A DNA stretch of 64,000 nt from Microcoleus sp. (GCA_052279835.1 CP181291.1:3584001-3648000), one strand, 5' to 3'. Counted from the stretch's first letter, positions 41,980-53,002 are shown. Notes: a model not told the origin generated them from the letters alone. Made by a program: numbers and translations.

Positions 41980-43752
41980 GTGAGAGTAGAGGCATTTGTG
42001 AGCCAACAAGATATTGTAAATTTAGCCAAAGAAGGCGATGCTAAGGCGATCGCATTTTTGATCTCTCAAGCACTCCAAAACTTTGGAGTCACAGCTAAAG
42101 CCAGTCGCGAAAACAACACCTTGCATTTGTTGCTCGAAGGTGAAAAATTACCCGCCCAAGATGCTTGCATCCGAGTAGCAGTCAAAGGCTTGCAGAGACT
42201 GCAACCAAATCACATTTACTTCCTGACAATTTACGGGCGACGAAATGGTGAAGAATTGCCAGCTTGGACTCAGAATCTCGAATTAACCAAACCATTGAAT
42301 TCCCCAGCAGAAATTACAGGGGCTGCCCGAATTACTGCGGTTTTACAAAAGGTAGAACCACATCAAAATGTCAAAATTGATGCTCCTCAAATTAGCGAAA
42401 AAACAGCGCAAAAACCACCTGTACTTACAACAGAAAAACCAAAGAATCCTCAAATCAGCGAGCAAAAAGCACCAAAACCATCTGTACTTACAACAGAAAA
42501 ACCAAAGAATCCACCGCAGGAACAAAAGCTTGTTAGGAGCAAAACTAAGCATCAAAAACCTTGGCTTTACATGGCTGGTTTGAGTCTAATTTTAGTGCCG
42601 ATATCTGGGATTGTTCTAGCTACTCAACTTTACAAATCGCCAAGCACCGCTGCTACTGAGACTGAAATACCCCAGGCGGAGGTACCGGAAGTGCGATCGA
42701 TAAACTCCCCCTCACCAACTCCCCAAGCCATCCCCACTCCAAAAACACCGCCCGTAGCAGCCAAAAAAACCGTCACAGCACCCGCAACTGTCAGCATCAA
42801 AGCAGTGGGGGATATTATCCCAGGTACGAATTTTCCCTACAACAAATTACCTCAAAAAAAGGAGCTTTTATTTGAGTCGGTTAAACCGCATTTGAAAGGA
42901 GCTGATATTCTATTTGGCAATTTTGAAAGCACGATGACGGATTATCCTTACAGCTCGAAAGGAGGCGGCGGAGGTATGCTGTTTGCCTTTCGGACACCTC
43001 CTAGTTATGCAAAAATATTGAAAGATGCTGGTTTTAATATTTTGAATATTGCCAACAATCATTCTTACGATTTTAACGAGCAGGGATTTAAGGATACGAT
43101 TAAAAACATTGACAGCAATGGGATGAAAGCCGTTGGTAAAAGAGACCAAATTGTCTATAAAAATGTCAAAGGTGTGAATTTGGCTTTTATCGGTTTTAGC
43201 AACTACGGCGAAGTTCATAATTCGTTATTGGAACTAAAGGCTGGGGCGGAAATTGTCAAAAAAGCTAAGCAAAAGGCTGATATTGTGGTGATATCTGTTC
43301 ATGCTGGTGCGGAAGGAACGGGGGCTTTGAATGTGCGAAATAAAAATGAATTTTTTGCTGGTGAAAACCGGGGAAATATGGTTTTGTTTTCGCGAACAAT
43401 GATTGATGCGGGTGCGGATTTGATTTTGGGACACGGGCCCCATGTTGCGAGGGCGATGGAACTTTATAAGGGGAAATTGATTGCTTATTCGCTGGGCAAT
43501 TTTATGGGGTATCGTACTTTGTCAACTGTGGGAGAATTGGGTAAATCTCTGATATTGGATGTGAAGATGAATCCGCAAGGTGATTTTGTATCTGGTAAGA
43601 TTATTCCGATCGCACTTAATGGCCAGGGTATTCCGTCTGTGGATGATGATTTTAGGAGTGTGAAGTTGATTCGGCGTCTGACGAAAAGCGATTTTCCTAA
43701 TGCTGGTTTGAGTATTGGCGATGAGGGACAAATTGTGAAGCAGAGTAAATAG
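41980..43752 (+). CDS. CapA/PGA_cap family metallophosphoesterase-fold protein
   Basis: VGDI, GNFE, ANNH..D, SVHAGAE, GHGPHV, YSLGNF; 21-aa duplication in the linker. Confidence 0.9.
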   Translation: MRVEAFVSQQDIVNLAKEGDAKAIAFLISQALQNFGVTAKASRENNTLHLLLEGEKLPAQDACIRVAVKGLQRLQPNHIYFLTIYGRRNGEELPAWTQNLELTKPLNSPAEITGAARITAVLQKVEPHQNVKIDAPQISEKTAQKPPVLTTEKPKNPQISEQKAPKPSVLTTEKPKNPPQEQKLVRSKTKHQKPWLYMAGLSLILVPISGIVLATQLYKSPSTAATETEIPQAEVPEVRSINSPSPTPQAIPTPKTPPVAAKKTVTAPATVSIKAVGDIIPGTNFPYNKLPQKKELLFESVKPHLKGADILFGNFESTMTDYPYSSKGGGGGMLFAFRTPPSYAKILKDAGFNILNIANNHSYDFNEQGFKDTIKNIDSNGMKAVGKRDQIVYKNVKGVNLAFIGFSNYGEVHNSLLELKAGAEIVKKAKQKADIVVISVHAGAEGTGALNVRNKNEFFAGENRGNMVLFSRTMIDAGADLILGHGPHVARAMELYKGKLIAYSLGNFMGYRTLSTVGELGKSLILDVKMNPQGDFVSGKIIPIALNGQGIPSVDDDFRSVKLIRRLTKSDFPNAGLSIGDEGQIVKQSK

Positions 43753-44001
43753 TTGATGGTGGAATTTGCCCCTACATCATTAGGGCTTAGGTGTAAATAT
43801 TACAGAAACCGAGTTGTTCCTCAATGTTAAAGACTCCTATGGAGTATTCATGTGAACAACCTAGTTTCTGTCTACAATCACTAAATCAAGACAATTCTCT
43901 CTCTTCTCTTCCTCTGCGCTCTCTGCGCTCTCTGCGGTTAAATCATTCAACAACAATCATGGCATCAAAACCCAAAAATGCCCAATACCCAACTCCCAAA
44001 A

Positions 44002-45480
44002 CTACCTTTTCCAATACCTGCGCCAATGAAACAAATTTTCCCATAAATTACGCATAAAAGTATTGCGACGGAAACGCTCTAATTCCCAAGCCGCAGCAGT
44101 TTTCCCAGTAATCTCCGAAAAAGTAGACCCAATAAAAGGAAGTTCCGCGATCGCCCCAACAGTCATTCCCTGACGCACAGCCAAAGCCATAACATGAATC
44201 AACTCAGCAGCATTTGACCCCACAATACTCGCCCCCAAAATCTCCCCATTACCCCGTCCCACAATCTTACAAAAACCAGTCATCTCCCCACATATTTGAG
44301 CCTTTTCAACATTCTTAAAATATTCCCGACTCACTATAATATCATCACCAAAACGACGCCTTGCTTGCGCCTCAGTCAAACCCACCCTCGCCAACTGTGG
44401 TTCAGAAAAAATAGCCCAAGGAATCCCGCGATAATCAATTTTTAACCTCGGCCAAAACAAAGCATTTTTCACAGCCACCAAAGCTTCGGAATTAGCAATG
44501 TGAGGGAACGCATAACCGCCAGCAACATCACCAATTCCATAAATCTGAGGATTAGTTGTTTGCAATTTCTCATTTAAAATCAATCCCTGGTGATTGCATT
44601 TAGCACCAGTCGCTTCTAGATTTAATGATTGAAAATTAGGCTTGCGCCCCGCAGCGATAAAAATCTCCTCAGTTTCGATCGCCAAATCCCCCGCTTGAAC
44701 CCACTTCCTCCCATCAATCGCTCTAGCTTGAGTCACCTCAGTAGCCGTCAAAATCCGCACTCCTTGGGCTTCCATCGCAGCTTGAACCAAGCCAGCAGCC
44801 TCTGGCTCCTCTTTCGCCAAAATACGCGAACCCTTCACCACCAGCGTCACAGCCACCCCTAATCGAGCAAAAGTTTGAGCAACTTCGACACCGCTAGGAT
44901 CTGCACCAATTACGACCAAACTTTTAGGAACTTGTTTAAGTTTTGCTAATTTCCAGACAGTTTCCGAAGTGAAATAACCAACAGACAAAAGTCCTTCAAT
45001 ATGGGGAATCGCCGGGAGACTGGGACAAGCCAGCAAATAACCAAGCGATCGCAATTTCCGCCCATTGACAGCAAAAGCCAAATCCGGTTTCACCACAAAC
45101 TCGCCATCACCACAAATAACATCAACCCCGCGAGTAGCCAAAATACCCAAATCGTTGATTTCTGACAAATTAGAAACAACACCTTCTGTCCACTGCATCA
45201 CCTCATCAAACCGCAATTTCCTAGGCATTTCCGAATTAGTATTGTCCCAACGTACACCGAATTTCTGGTTAGTGATTTGTTCAGCAAATCGGCCACTCTC
45301 ACTCAAAATTTGGTTGTATTGCAAACTTAAGGCGATCGCATCTTGGCCCGCCGTCGGCAAATTTTGTAAATCACTCAAAGGTTCCACCAAAGCAACACGA
45401 GCTTGGAAACCACTTGCAGTCAAAGCAGCATAGCGTCCGGCCGTCGTACCACCAATTATTACTAAATCGTAGTCAAGCAT
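44002..45480 (-). CDS. Pyridine nucleotide-disulfide oxidoreductase family protein (MerA/Lpd-like, no active-site cysteines)
   Basis: YDLVIIGG, TTNPQIYGIGDV, dimerisation domain; CxxxxC absent. Confidence 0.85.
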   Translation of the reverse strand: MLDYDLVIIGGTTAGRYAALTASGFQARVALVEPLSDLQNLPTAGQDAIALSLQYNQILSESGRFAEQITNQKFGVRWDNTNSEMPRKLRFDEVMQWTEGVVSNLSEINDLGILATRGVDVICGDGEFVVKPDLAFAVNGRKLRSLGYLLACPSLPAIPHIEGLLSVGYFTSETVWKLAKLKQVPKSLVVIGADPSGVEVAQTFARLGVAVTLVVKGSRILAKEEPEAAGLVQAAMEAQGVRILTATEVTQARAIDGRKWVQAGDLAIETEEIFIAAGRKPNFQSLNLEATGAKCNHQGLILNEKLQTTNPQIYGIGDVAGGYAFPHIANSEALVAVKNALFWPRLKIDYRGIPWAIFSEPQLARVGLTEAQARRRFGDDIIVSREYFKNVEKAQICGEMTGFCKIVGRGNGEILGASIVGSNAAELIHVMALAVRQGMTVGAIAELPFIGSTFSEITGKTAAAWELERFRRNTFMRNLWENLFHWRRYWKR

Positions 45481-45528
45481 AAATTTAATAAGTCATTTGT
45501 TATTGGTTATTAGTTAAATGACCAATAA

Positions 45529-46668
45529 CTAATGACCAATAACTTCTTTAATTGCAGAAATAAGTCGTAGATTGTCTGCCCGCTCGCGCACAGCCACCCG
45601 AAAAAAGCGATCGCCCAACTCAGGAAAACTCAAACAATCCCGAATTAAAATCCGGTGACGTTCCAGCAGACTTTTTTGAATCAGCGCTACCGAAACCGAA
45701 GACTCCACCAACAAAAAATTAGCCGCACCAGGAAACGGCTGCAAACCAGGTAAACTAGCCAAACCCTCAAATAGCTCTTGGCGAGCCACAGGTAGCCAAT
45801 CCCAGGTTTGCCGTTCAAAAACAACATCTCGCACCACAGCAGCCGCCGCAGCCGCGGCCAGAGCGTTCACAGGCCAAGGATCTCGCTGCAACTGCCAGCG
45901 ACGGAGGCGATCGGGATGGGCGATCGCACAGCCCAACCGCAGTCCGGGCAGAGAATAGAATTTAGTGAGCGATCGTAAAATCACCAAATTCGGAAACTCC
46001 GCCACAGCATCGATCGAACTCTCCTGTTGTTCCGGCGGTAGAAAGTCCATAAAAGCCTCATCTACCACCACCAGACCCAACTGCTCCACATAAGGCCCAA
46101 TCGCCTCCCTACCGAACAGCAAACCCGTAGGATTATGCGGATTATTCAGCAGCAAAGCTCGATCGCGATTGAGAGCAAGAGGCACCGGGACTTCTTGAGG
46201 AAGAGGAAAGATGCCTGTTGCACAAGAAAATTCATTTCTTGTGGAATGGGCATCTTGCCCGTTATTGACCATGGTGCCAGATGTAAGCTCCAAAGGACAT
46301 TCCAGCACCTTCGCGCCGAAAGCCAAAAGAGCCCGCCAGTAATCGCCAAAAGCCGGAGTCACCAAATAAGTTGCTTCCAGCTTCGACAAATCCCAAGCCG
46401 CCCAAGTCAACAATTCCGCCGAACCATTCCCCGGCAAAATCCAATCCGGGTCAACATTCAAAGCCTCACCCAAAACAGCCCTCAGTTGTCCATAATCAGG
46501 GTCTGGGTAAGCAGTCAGACTGCCCAGGTGTGCTTGAATCGCATCGAGAGCCGACTTAGGCGGGCCCAAAGGACTGATACTGGCAGAAAAATCGAGAATA
46601 GCAGAAGCAGGGCAACCAGCCAGTGTGGCTGCCCAAGCTAAATTCCCACCGTGAACAGGTCTAGTCAA
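45529..46668 (-). CDS. cobD: Threonine-phosphate decarboxylase
   Basis: HGGN, DFSASISPLGP, NPHNPTG, DEAFMDF, SLTKFYSLPGLRLG. Confidence 0.92.
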   Translation of the reverse strand: MTRPVHGGNLAWAATLAGCPASAILDFSASISPLGPPKSALDAIQAHLGSLTAYPDPDYGQLRAVLGEALNVDPDWILPGNGSAELLTWAAWDLSKLEATYLVTPAFGDYWRALLAFGAKVLECPLELTSGTMVNNGQDAHSTRNEFSCATGIFPLPQEVPVPLALNRDRALLLNNPHNPTGLLFGREAIGPYVEQLGLVVVDEAFMDFLPPEQQESSIDAVAEFPNLVILRSLTKFYSLPGLRLGCAIAHPDRLRRWQLQRDPWPVNALAAAAAAAVVRDVVFERQTWDWLPVARQELFEGLASLPGLQPFPGAANFLLVESSVSVALIQKSLLERHRILIRDCLSFPELGDRFFRVAVRERADNLRLISAIKEVIGH

Positions 46669-46686
46669 AGCTTAGTTTGCCGATAT

Positions 46687-46974
46687 TTAGGAGTCTTTAT
46701 CCGGTGCAACTCTGTCCTTAAACAATTTCCCTGCGGAAAAAGCAGGAACTCTGGTAGCCGGAATTTCCATTTTAGCGCCTGTTTTGGGATTGCGACCCTC
46801 ACGAGCCTTGCGTTCCCGTGACTCAAAGGAGCCAAAACCGACCAATGTCACCTTGTCGCCGTCGGAGACAGCTTCCATGATTGCTTCCAAAGCGGCACTC
46901 AAAACAGCATCTGCCTGTTTTTTCGTCACGCTAGCCTTTTCCGCGACTGCATCAACCAATTCACCTTTGTTCAT
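46687..46974 (-). CDS. hup: DNA-binding protein HU
   Basis: MNKGELV, VTLVGFGSF, GRNPKTG, PAFSAGK. Confidence 0.96.
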   Translation of the reverse strand: MNKGELVDAVAEKASVTKKQADAVLSAALEAIMEAVSDGDKVTLVGFGSFESRERKAREGRNPKTGAKMEIPATRVPAFSAGKLFKDRVAPDKDS

Positions 46975-47404
46975 TAGGAACTCCTTCTGGATTTGCAAAA
47001 TACGTTCAACAGAGTTTAACTATTAGCTGTGAGTTATCAACTGGATTGGGCCGTGCCTGGGGATGTTTCGGTTGTACCCGATCGCCCCTGTCGGCTTCCC
47101 CAAATCAGAACTCCTGCTGAATACTAACTACCCTAGAGTAATTGGTCAGAAAAGGAATTTTCATTTTTAATTGCTGAAAACCCCACAGCATCTAATTTTC
47201 ACTGCATTATTCTAAAGTCTTCCCGACCCTTATGGATCGGTGGAACCTTTAATTTATATGGATTTGGACAATTTTTAGAATTAATCCATAAATTTGGTTA
47301 CAAAAATACCACCTTGGAGAGCAGATTTCTCACCTCGGTGGATTTGAAAACCGGAAAAAAGAGAAAGAGAAGGAACAGAATGTCATTTGTCAATGGCTAA
47401 AGGG

Positions 47405-47607
47405 GAAGATTTTCCTTCTTCCTTCTTCCTTCTTTTCCCCATAGGGGGGGTTCTTCTTCCTTCTTTTCCCCCCTTGGGGGGGGTAGGGGGGGGTTCTTCT
47501 TCCTTCCTCCTTCTTTTCCCCCCTTGGGGGGGGTAGGGGGGGGTTCTTCTTCCTTCCTCCTTCTTTTCCCCCATTGGGGGGGTTCTTCCTCCTTCTTCCT
47601 TCCTTCT
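47405..47607. repeat. Low-complexity cluster of CCCCCTTGGGGGGGGTAGGGGGG palindromic SDRs and CTTCTTC heptamers
   Basis: Directly visible tandem units. Confidence 0.85.
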
Positions 47608-47609
47608 GA

Positions 47610-49997
47610 CTACTGCCGGGGTTGGATGGGCTGACCCCGCTGCAACAGTTGGCGGGCGTCGGGACTGATGTTGTTTTGATAACCAAAGTTCGATCGATCG
47701 CTATCATCCAAAATCTGCGGAGTCAGCAATACAATCACTTCCGCCCGCTGGTTTTCCTTATTAGTCCTCCTGAACAGCGAACCGATAATCGGCAAATCTC
47801 CTAAAATCGGAATCTTCCTGGCTGTCACCCGTTCTTGGTCGCTGATAATCCCCGATACAATCAAAGTCTGACCGTCTCGCAGGCGAATCAACCCAGACTG
47901 CAAAGAGCGCTCAGAAAGCAGTCTGATCGTATTGGTATTCGCGCCCGTAGAGAGTTGTTGCTCTGCGCCAGGAGCTCGGACGATCGGATTCACCCGCAAA
48001 GAGATAAAACCGTTGTCGTCGATGCGATCGATCGCCACCCCCAACTGCAAACCCGCCTTGTCTTTGACGGCCGTAGTTGTTGTGGTACTGGTATTTCCGG
48101 TGGTCTGCGTTTGTTGCGTGATGTTAGTAAGCACCTCGTCGGTGATATTCACATTCGCCGTTTCCCCTTCTTGAACAACCAGAGTCGGATCTGTCAGAAT
48201 TTTAGCGTTGAGGGTGTTAATCTGTGCCTGCAACGCAGACAGGAACCTCCTGGGATACTGCAACAACGGGAACAATCCGAACTCTGCGGTTCCCGAAGTA
48301 GTCGCCGATCCAGGTGTGTAATCGGTAATTCCAACTCGTGTAGGGCTATTACTAACTGGGGCTGTAGGCTGAAGGAACACACCTTTAGCTGGACCGTTGA
48401 TACCTTGACCTGTCAATGGGACGGTAACGCGACCGTTCGCATCGTAGAAAACGTCTCCTGCTAGGGGGTTGTTGACGATCGGCGGAGTCGTTCGGCTAGC
48501 GTTGACATCATTAGTGTTCGCAGGCTGCAAGCCACCAAAATTAAGACTTGCGGCCCCTTGGTCGTTGACAAAGAAATTGTTATTAATGCCGAAAGAAAAA
48601 CTGCTGCTACTGTTGTTTACTCCCGACAAGTTGATATCGATCACCTTGACATTCACCGCCACTTGACGGCGGCGCAAATCTAGCTGCGTCAAGAAATTTA
48701 CAGCGACATCAACCTTGCGCGGATCTCCCACCAAAGTGATGGAATTGAGCCTCGCATCGGCCAGCACCGACAGTCCCCTCAACAATAACGGGCCATTACC
48801 ATCCTTAGCCCCGATCGCCTTAATATCAGGTTCCCGAATTTCCACATCCCGCGCCGCATTACCCTGACCCACGGTTTGAATAGTCACGCGAGTAATCGGG
48901 AGTTGAGTTTCGGCACCTTGAGCGCTCAAAAAGTTAGCTGCATCCGTAGACCGAACTTGATTGAGCCGCAGAGTCCGAACGATAATATTACGCGAGTCCA
49001 GTGGCAGATTACTACCTACAAAAATCGTCCGTCCCACGCGATTAGCTTGCAGCCCACTCAGGCGGAGCACGTAGTTAAAGACATCTTGCACCGACTCATT
49101 TTCGATGTCCAAAGAAATCTTCGGCCCTTCATCCGAACCGCCTGCTGCACCCGCCGCCGGTGCACCCGCTGGCTGGCCTGGCTGACCTGGAGCCCCGCCA
49201 CCTGTAAAAGCAATATTCAACCCCGCAGCACGAGCCAGCAGAGCCAACACGTCCCGAACCGGGGCATCCCGTAGGACTAGCCGAGGGATGCGTTCTCCCG
49301 AACTCAGCTCGATATTTCCCGCCGCTGGAGCGATGTTAGAAACGGCGATATCTCCTAGGGGTGGAGCAACTGCCCGCGGTAGGAACGGCGCGGCCTGACT
49401 GGCGGGAGATTGAATTTCGCTGGGGAGTGGTGGGCGATCGTTTCTAGTGATTGTAACTTCAGGATTTTGCAATACCACGTTCGGGTTTTGCGCTGTACGG
49501 ATTTGGGGAGCCGGCACTGGGGCTGTTTGGCTCAGGGGCAGGCCAGGAGGTGGTGGCGGTGCAGCTTGAGTAGATTGCGGTGTACCGCCCTGTCTGGCGA
49601 CGCTCAGAACGATGCCATTGCCTTGTCCCTGAACGATTTGTCCGCTGGGAACGCCGTTAGTGCCTGTCACCAACACGCGGATGCTGTTAGCATCTGCCGG
49701 GGTGACTTCTACTGAAGAAATGCCTGGAGCTGGGTTTTCTTGCCGGAATGTGTTGCCTTGGCTCAAGCGGAGCTGGGTATTGATGATTGTGGCTTGGTAG
49801 GTATTGCCATTATTAATGGCGAAGACTTGCGGCCGATCGCCCTTTTCCGTCGCCAACACAATATTTACCCCATTATTGGCTTGACTTACTTGCACTCCTG
49901 TGACCTGAGTTGGCGCTGCCCAAACGGGGGCTTGGGCCATCATCACTCCCGCCACACTGCTAAAGAGTCCTCCAGTTAATCGTAGATGCTGTTTCAC
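47610..49997 (-). CDS. pilQ: Type IV pilus secretin (AMIN + secretin)
   Basis: AMIN N-terminus, LRDGQTLIVSG, KIPILGDLPIIGSLFR; downstream of pilMNO. Confidence 0.93.
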   Translation of the reverse strand: MKQHLRLTGGLFSSVAGVMMAQAPVWAAPTQVTGVQVSQANNGVNIVLATEKGDRPQVFAINNGNTYQATIINTQLRLSQGNTFRQENPAPGISSVEVTPADANSIRVLVTGTNGVPSGQIVQGQGNGIVLSVARQGGTPQSTQAAPPPPPGLPLSQTAPVPAPQIRTAQNPNVVLQNPEVTITRNDRPPLPSEIQSPASQAAPFLPRAVAPPLGDIAVSNIAPAAGNIELSSGERIPRLVLRDAPVRDVLALLARAAGLNIAFTGGGAPGQPGQPAGAPAAGAAGGSDEGPKISLDIENESVQDVFNYVLRLSGLQANRVGRTIFVGSNLPLDSRNIIVRTLRLNQVRSTDAANFLSAQGAETQLPITRVTIQTVGQGNAARDVEIREPDIKAIGAKDGNGPLLLRGLSVLADARLNSITLVGDPRKVDVAVNFLTQLDLRRRQVAVNVKVIDINLSGVNNSSSSFSFGINNNFFVNDQGAASLNFGGLQPANTNDVNASRTTPPIVNNPLAGDVFYDANGRVTVPLTGQGINGPAKGVFLQPTAPVSNSPTRVGITDYTPGSATTSGTAEFGLFPLLQYPRRFLSALQAQINTLNAKILTDPTLVVQEGETANVNITDEVLTNITQQTQTTGNTSTTTTTAVKDKAGLQLGVAIDRIDDNGFISLRVNPIVRAPGAEQQLSTGANTNTIRLLSERSLQSGLIRLRDGQTLIVSGIISDQERVTARKIPILGDLPIIGSLFRRTNKENQRAEVIVLLTPQILDDSDRSNFGYQNNISPDARQLLQRGQPIQPRQ

Positions 49998-50109
49998 GTT
50001 CGCTCCTCAAATAAACTTTATCAATTATTGTCTTTTAGCTCCCCAACTTCTGGAAGAAGTGGGGGAGCTGCTGCGTATTCTGTTTTTTTAGATGGACTTA
50101 ACTAGCTGC

Positions 50110-50937
50110 TTATTTAGCAACAGGAGTTGCCGCTGCACTGGGACTTGGAGTCGGTGTCGGCAGTTTTTCCTCTTGTTTTAACGGCAGCAGTGCGTGTAAA
50201 TCAAAAGCAGTTTTAATTTTAGTTTGCGGTGGCTGGACGGGCACTATTTTCCCTTTCAAAACGTCAACTTCTATGGCCTGATTTGGTTCTGCCAATTCAG
50301 ATTTCAAATTTCTCACTACCAAAAGCGACTGCATCAATTCCAAGTTACGCATAAAGCTGCGGGTTTGAGCAAAATTCCCTTCAAACTCTACCTTATATTT
50401 TTTGCGTCTGAGCTTGCCAGCCAGAGAGGGCCCAAAAGACGTATCTTTTAGAATATCGGGGTCTGCCACTCCAGGTACGGTAGCAGACGGTGCAGTTGCC
50501 GGCAAGATATCTGGCTCAAATTTTGTGAGTTTAGCTTTACCCTGATCCCCTTGTACGCCTGCGTTGATTTTGTTCACCAGTTGATTCATGTCCAGCAACA
50601 AGGTGGTGCTACCCTCGTCGCTAGCAAACATTGCCGTCACTTCTGCCCTGCGCTGTTTTGCTTGTTCTTGTTTTGCTTCTGCTTCTGCCCTTTTTTTAAT
50701 TTGAGCTTGCAAGCTCAGTTGCGTTTCTTTGCCTTCGCTAATTTTTTGCTTGATGTCGGCGGTTTTCTGGATTTCTGGCATCACAAACTGTGTACCGATG
50801 TAGCCGGCCACTCCGATGCCGAGAACAGCAATCGCTATTGCTTGAACTTGGGGTGTCAGCTTAATCCCGAATATTTCCTGACTAGATGAATCTTGTCCTT
50901 GTTCTCCGCTGGGAATAAACTCATTTGCTGCTGTCAT
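50110..50937 (-). CDS. pilO: Type IV pilus assembly protein PilO
   Basis: TM plus coiled coil, TLLLDMN, FEGNFAQTRSFMRNLE; operon position. Confidence 0.85.
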   Translation of the reverse strand: MTAANEFIPSGEQGQDSSSQEIFGIKLTPQVQAIAIAVLGIGVAGYIGTQFVMPEIQKTADIKQKISEGKETQLSLQAQIKKRAEAEAKQEQAKQRRAEVTAMFASDEGSTTLLLDMNQLVNKINAGVQGDQGKAKLTKFEPDILPATAPSATVPGVADPDILKDTSFGPSLAGKLRRKKYKVEFEGNFAQTRSFMRNLELMQSLLVVRNLKSELAEPNQAIEVDVLKGKIVPVQPPQTKIKTAFDLHALLPLKQEEKLPTPTPSPSAAATPVAK

Positions 50938-51860
50938 GGTTTTTTAACTTCTCCTTTTAGTTCGCTTTTTGGTGTTTCTAGCACTCCTTTTTCTTGAAGT
51001 GTTTCTATCCGTATTGCTAGCCCATCTGCTTGTTGACTCCGCAGTTCGGGAAGCAACTCGGAGGCTACTGTCGGACTGAGGCTGGTTTCAATTTTATATT
51101 CCACCACCGGCCGCAGTTTGGGAATTTCTACCGCACCTAGGGCGCTTTGGTTCCTTACTTGTACTTGTGCTGGGTTGCTTTTTAAGGTGGCTGCTAGCAG
51201 TCTGGTATCAGTATTGAGGAAAAAGGGAGAGCGTTGAACTAGCAGCATGAAGTCGTTAACTTGAGCGAAGGTACTGGCGACTCCAGAAATTACTACCTTT
51301 GATGCCTGAACCGGGGCTACGGGGGTGGCAACTGCCACTGGGGTAGCGCTGGCTGCTGGGGACGGACTCCCTCCGCCTGGGGACGGGCTGGCTGCTGGGG
51401 TGGCTGCGGGTGGAGGGGGAGCTGCTGCTACTGGGGACGGACTGGGGTCTATTTGCTCAATTTTGGCAATTTTCACTCCAGCGGGAGTGCGGTTACTTAG
51501 GTCTTGCAGCATTGCCGACCAAGGTTTAATTTGGTCGAATACTCCTGCTAATGCTTTGTATTCTGCGGTAACTTTATCGGTTTCGCTGTTGATGGCTTTG
51601 ATGGCACTGGCTTGAGTGTTTAATTTTGCCACTTCTTGGTCGAGGGCTGTTTGTACTGCTGTCAAGCCATTATTTTCGTTAGTGGCCCACCACCAGGCAC
51701 CCATGACGGCAACGTTGATGCCCATGGCAAAGAGCACGGCACCAATTAAGGGAAGTTGGTCTTTTGCCGAACCCGAACCTTTTTTGGTTGGAGCTTTGCT
51801 GGGTTCGTCCTGTTTGTATTCGGGACGGTCTCTGAGAAAGTTAATATCTAGGGTGTACAT
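50934..51860 (-). CDS. pilN: Type IV pilus assembly protein PilN
   Basis: LDINFL motif, TM, PWSAMLQDL. Confidence 0.9.
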   Translation of the reverse strand: MYTLDINFLRDRPEYKQDEPSKAPTKKGSGSAKDQLPLIGAVLFAMGINVAVMGAWWWATNENNGLTAVQTALDQEVAKLNTQASAIKAINSETDKVTAEYKALAGVFDQIKPWSAMLQDLSNRTPAGVKIAKIEQIDPSPSPVAAAPPPPAATPAASPSPGGGSPSPAASATPVAVATPVAPVQASKVVISGVASTFAQVNDFMLLVQRSPFFLNTDTRLLAATLKSNPAQVQVRNQSALGAVEIPKLRPVVEYKIETSLSPTVASELLPELRSQQADGLAIRIETLQEKGVLETPKSELKGEVKKP

Positions 51861-51907
51861 GGCTTTACTCGATTTGAGATTTTAAATTTGAGATTTTAAG
51901 AGACTGT

Positions 51908-53002
51908 TCACAAAACCTCCCTTAGTCCTAAACCTAAAGCTACTCCTAAACCTGCTCGCTGTTCTGGGCTAATTTCTTCGCTGACTTCGAGTCCTAGGGT
52001 GTCGATGGGATCTACTTGAGAAGCTGGCAAGCTTAATCTTTGCATGAAAAATTCATCTAGTTTGCCGATCGCAGCTCCTGGCCCTGCTAACAGGAGTTGT
52101 GCTACTTCTAGTTCTTCGCTCTGGTTGAGATAAAAGTCTACTGAACGACGCAGTTCGTCTGCGAGTTCTCCCAAGACCTTAATCATCGCATTTGTACCCG
52201 GATTTGCATCCCCTGATGTCCCCATTGTATCTGTTACTGGTAAGGTCATGCCTTGTAGTTCGCTGGTGTCTCTGGTTGGTGGCAGATTCATGGCTTCGTT
52301 GAGGGCAGTCTGGATTTGGTAAGTGCCGATCGGGATGGTACGGTTGAATTGTGGTATGCCGTCCACTACTATAGCTAACTCGGTGCTGTCAAATTCTATA
52401 TCTGTCAAGACTGCTGCCTCTTGGGAGGAAAATTGTTGCAGTTGGTCTTTGAGGGTGCGGATCAGGGCAAAGCTGGTTACTTCTAGCACGTCTATAATCA
52501 GTCCGGCTTCTTTGAAGGTTTCTAGATAGGTGTCTGTCACTTCTTTGCGGGTTGCTACGAGTACAACTTGCACTTTTTCTACGCCGTCGTCATCGACAAA
52601 TAGGCCGATTTTTTGATAGTCTACGTCGGCATCTTCTCTGGGAAATGGCAAGTATAGCCCTGCTTCTGAATTCATGTATTCCCGCAGTTCTTCGTTGTTG
52701 AGTTCTGATGGGACTGGAATTAAACGAATGACGGCTTCCCGTCCGGGAATGGCTGTGGCTACGTGCTTGGCTTTGATTTTGTTTTCGGCGAGGACTGAAC
52801 GTATCAGTTCTGCCATCCCTGGCGGGTCGGCTATTTGTCCTTCTTGTACTATGTCTTCTGGTACTTCTATGGAGGCTAATGTGGCTATTTTTAATGCCTG
52901 AGCTTTCTTTTCCAGTTGAATGATGTTGATGCGGTCTGAGGCTAGTTCGATGCCGATTCCGGGCTGGCGTCTGGAAATTAGATTTTTGAAAAAGTTAACC
53001 AT
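51908..53002 (-). CDS. pilM: Type IV pilus assembly protein PilM
   Basis: GIGIEL, LYLPFP, ELRRSVDFY, LGLGLRE. Confidence 0.93.
   Translation of the reverse strand: MVNFFKNLISRRQPGIGIELASDRINIIQLEKKAQALKIATLASIEVPEDIVQEGQIADPPGMAELIRSVLAENKIKAKHVATAIPGREAVIRLIPVPSELNNEELREYMNSEAGLYLPFPREDADVDYQKIGLFVDDDGVEKVQVVLVATRKEVTDTYLETFKEAGLIIDVLEVTSFALIRTLKDQLQQFSSQEAAVLTDIEFDSTELAIVVDGIPQFNRTIPIGTYQIQTALNEAMNLPPTRDTSELQGMTLPVTDTMGTSGDANPGTNAMIKVLGELADELRRSVDFYLNQSEELEVAQLLLAGPGAAIGKLDEFFMQRLSLPASQVDPIDTLGLEVSEEISPEQRAGLGVALGLGLREVL

Noticed and set aside
47383..47707. K/E/G/P-rich ORFs
   Set aside because: Translation of low-complexity repeats
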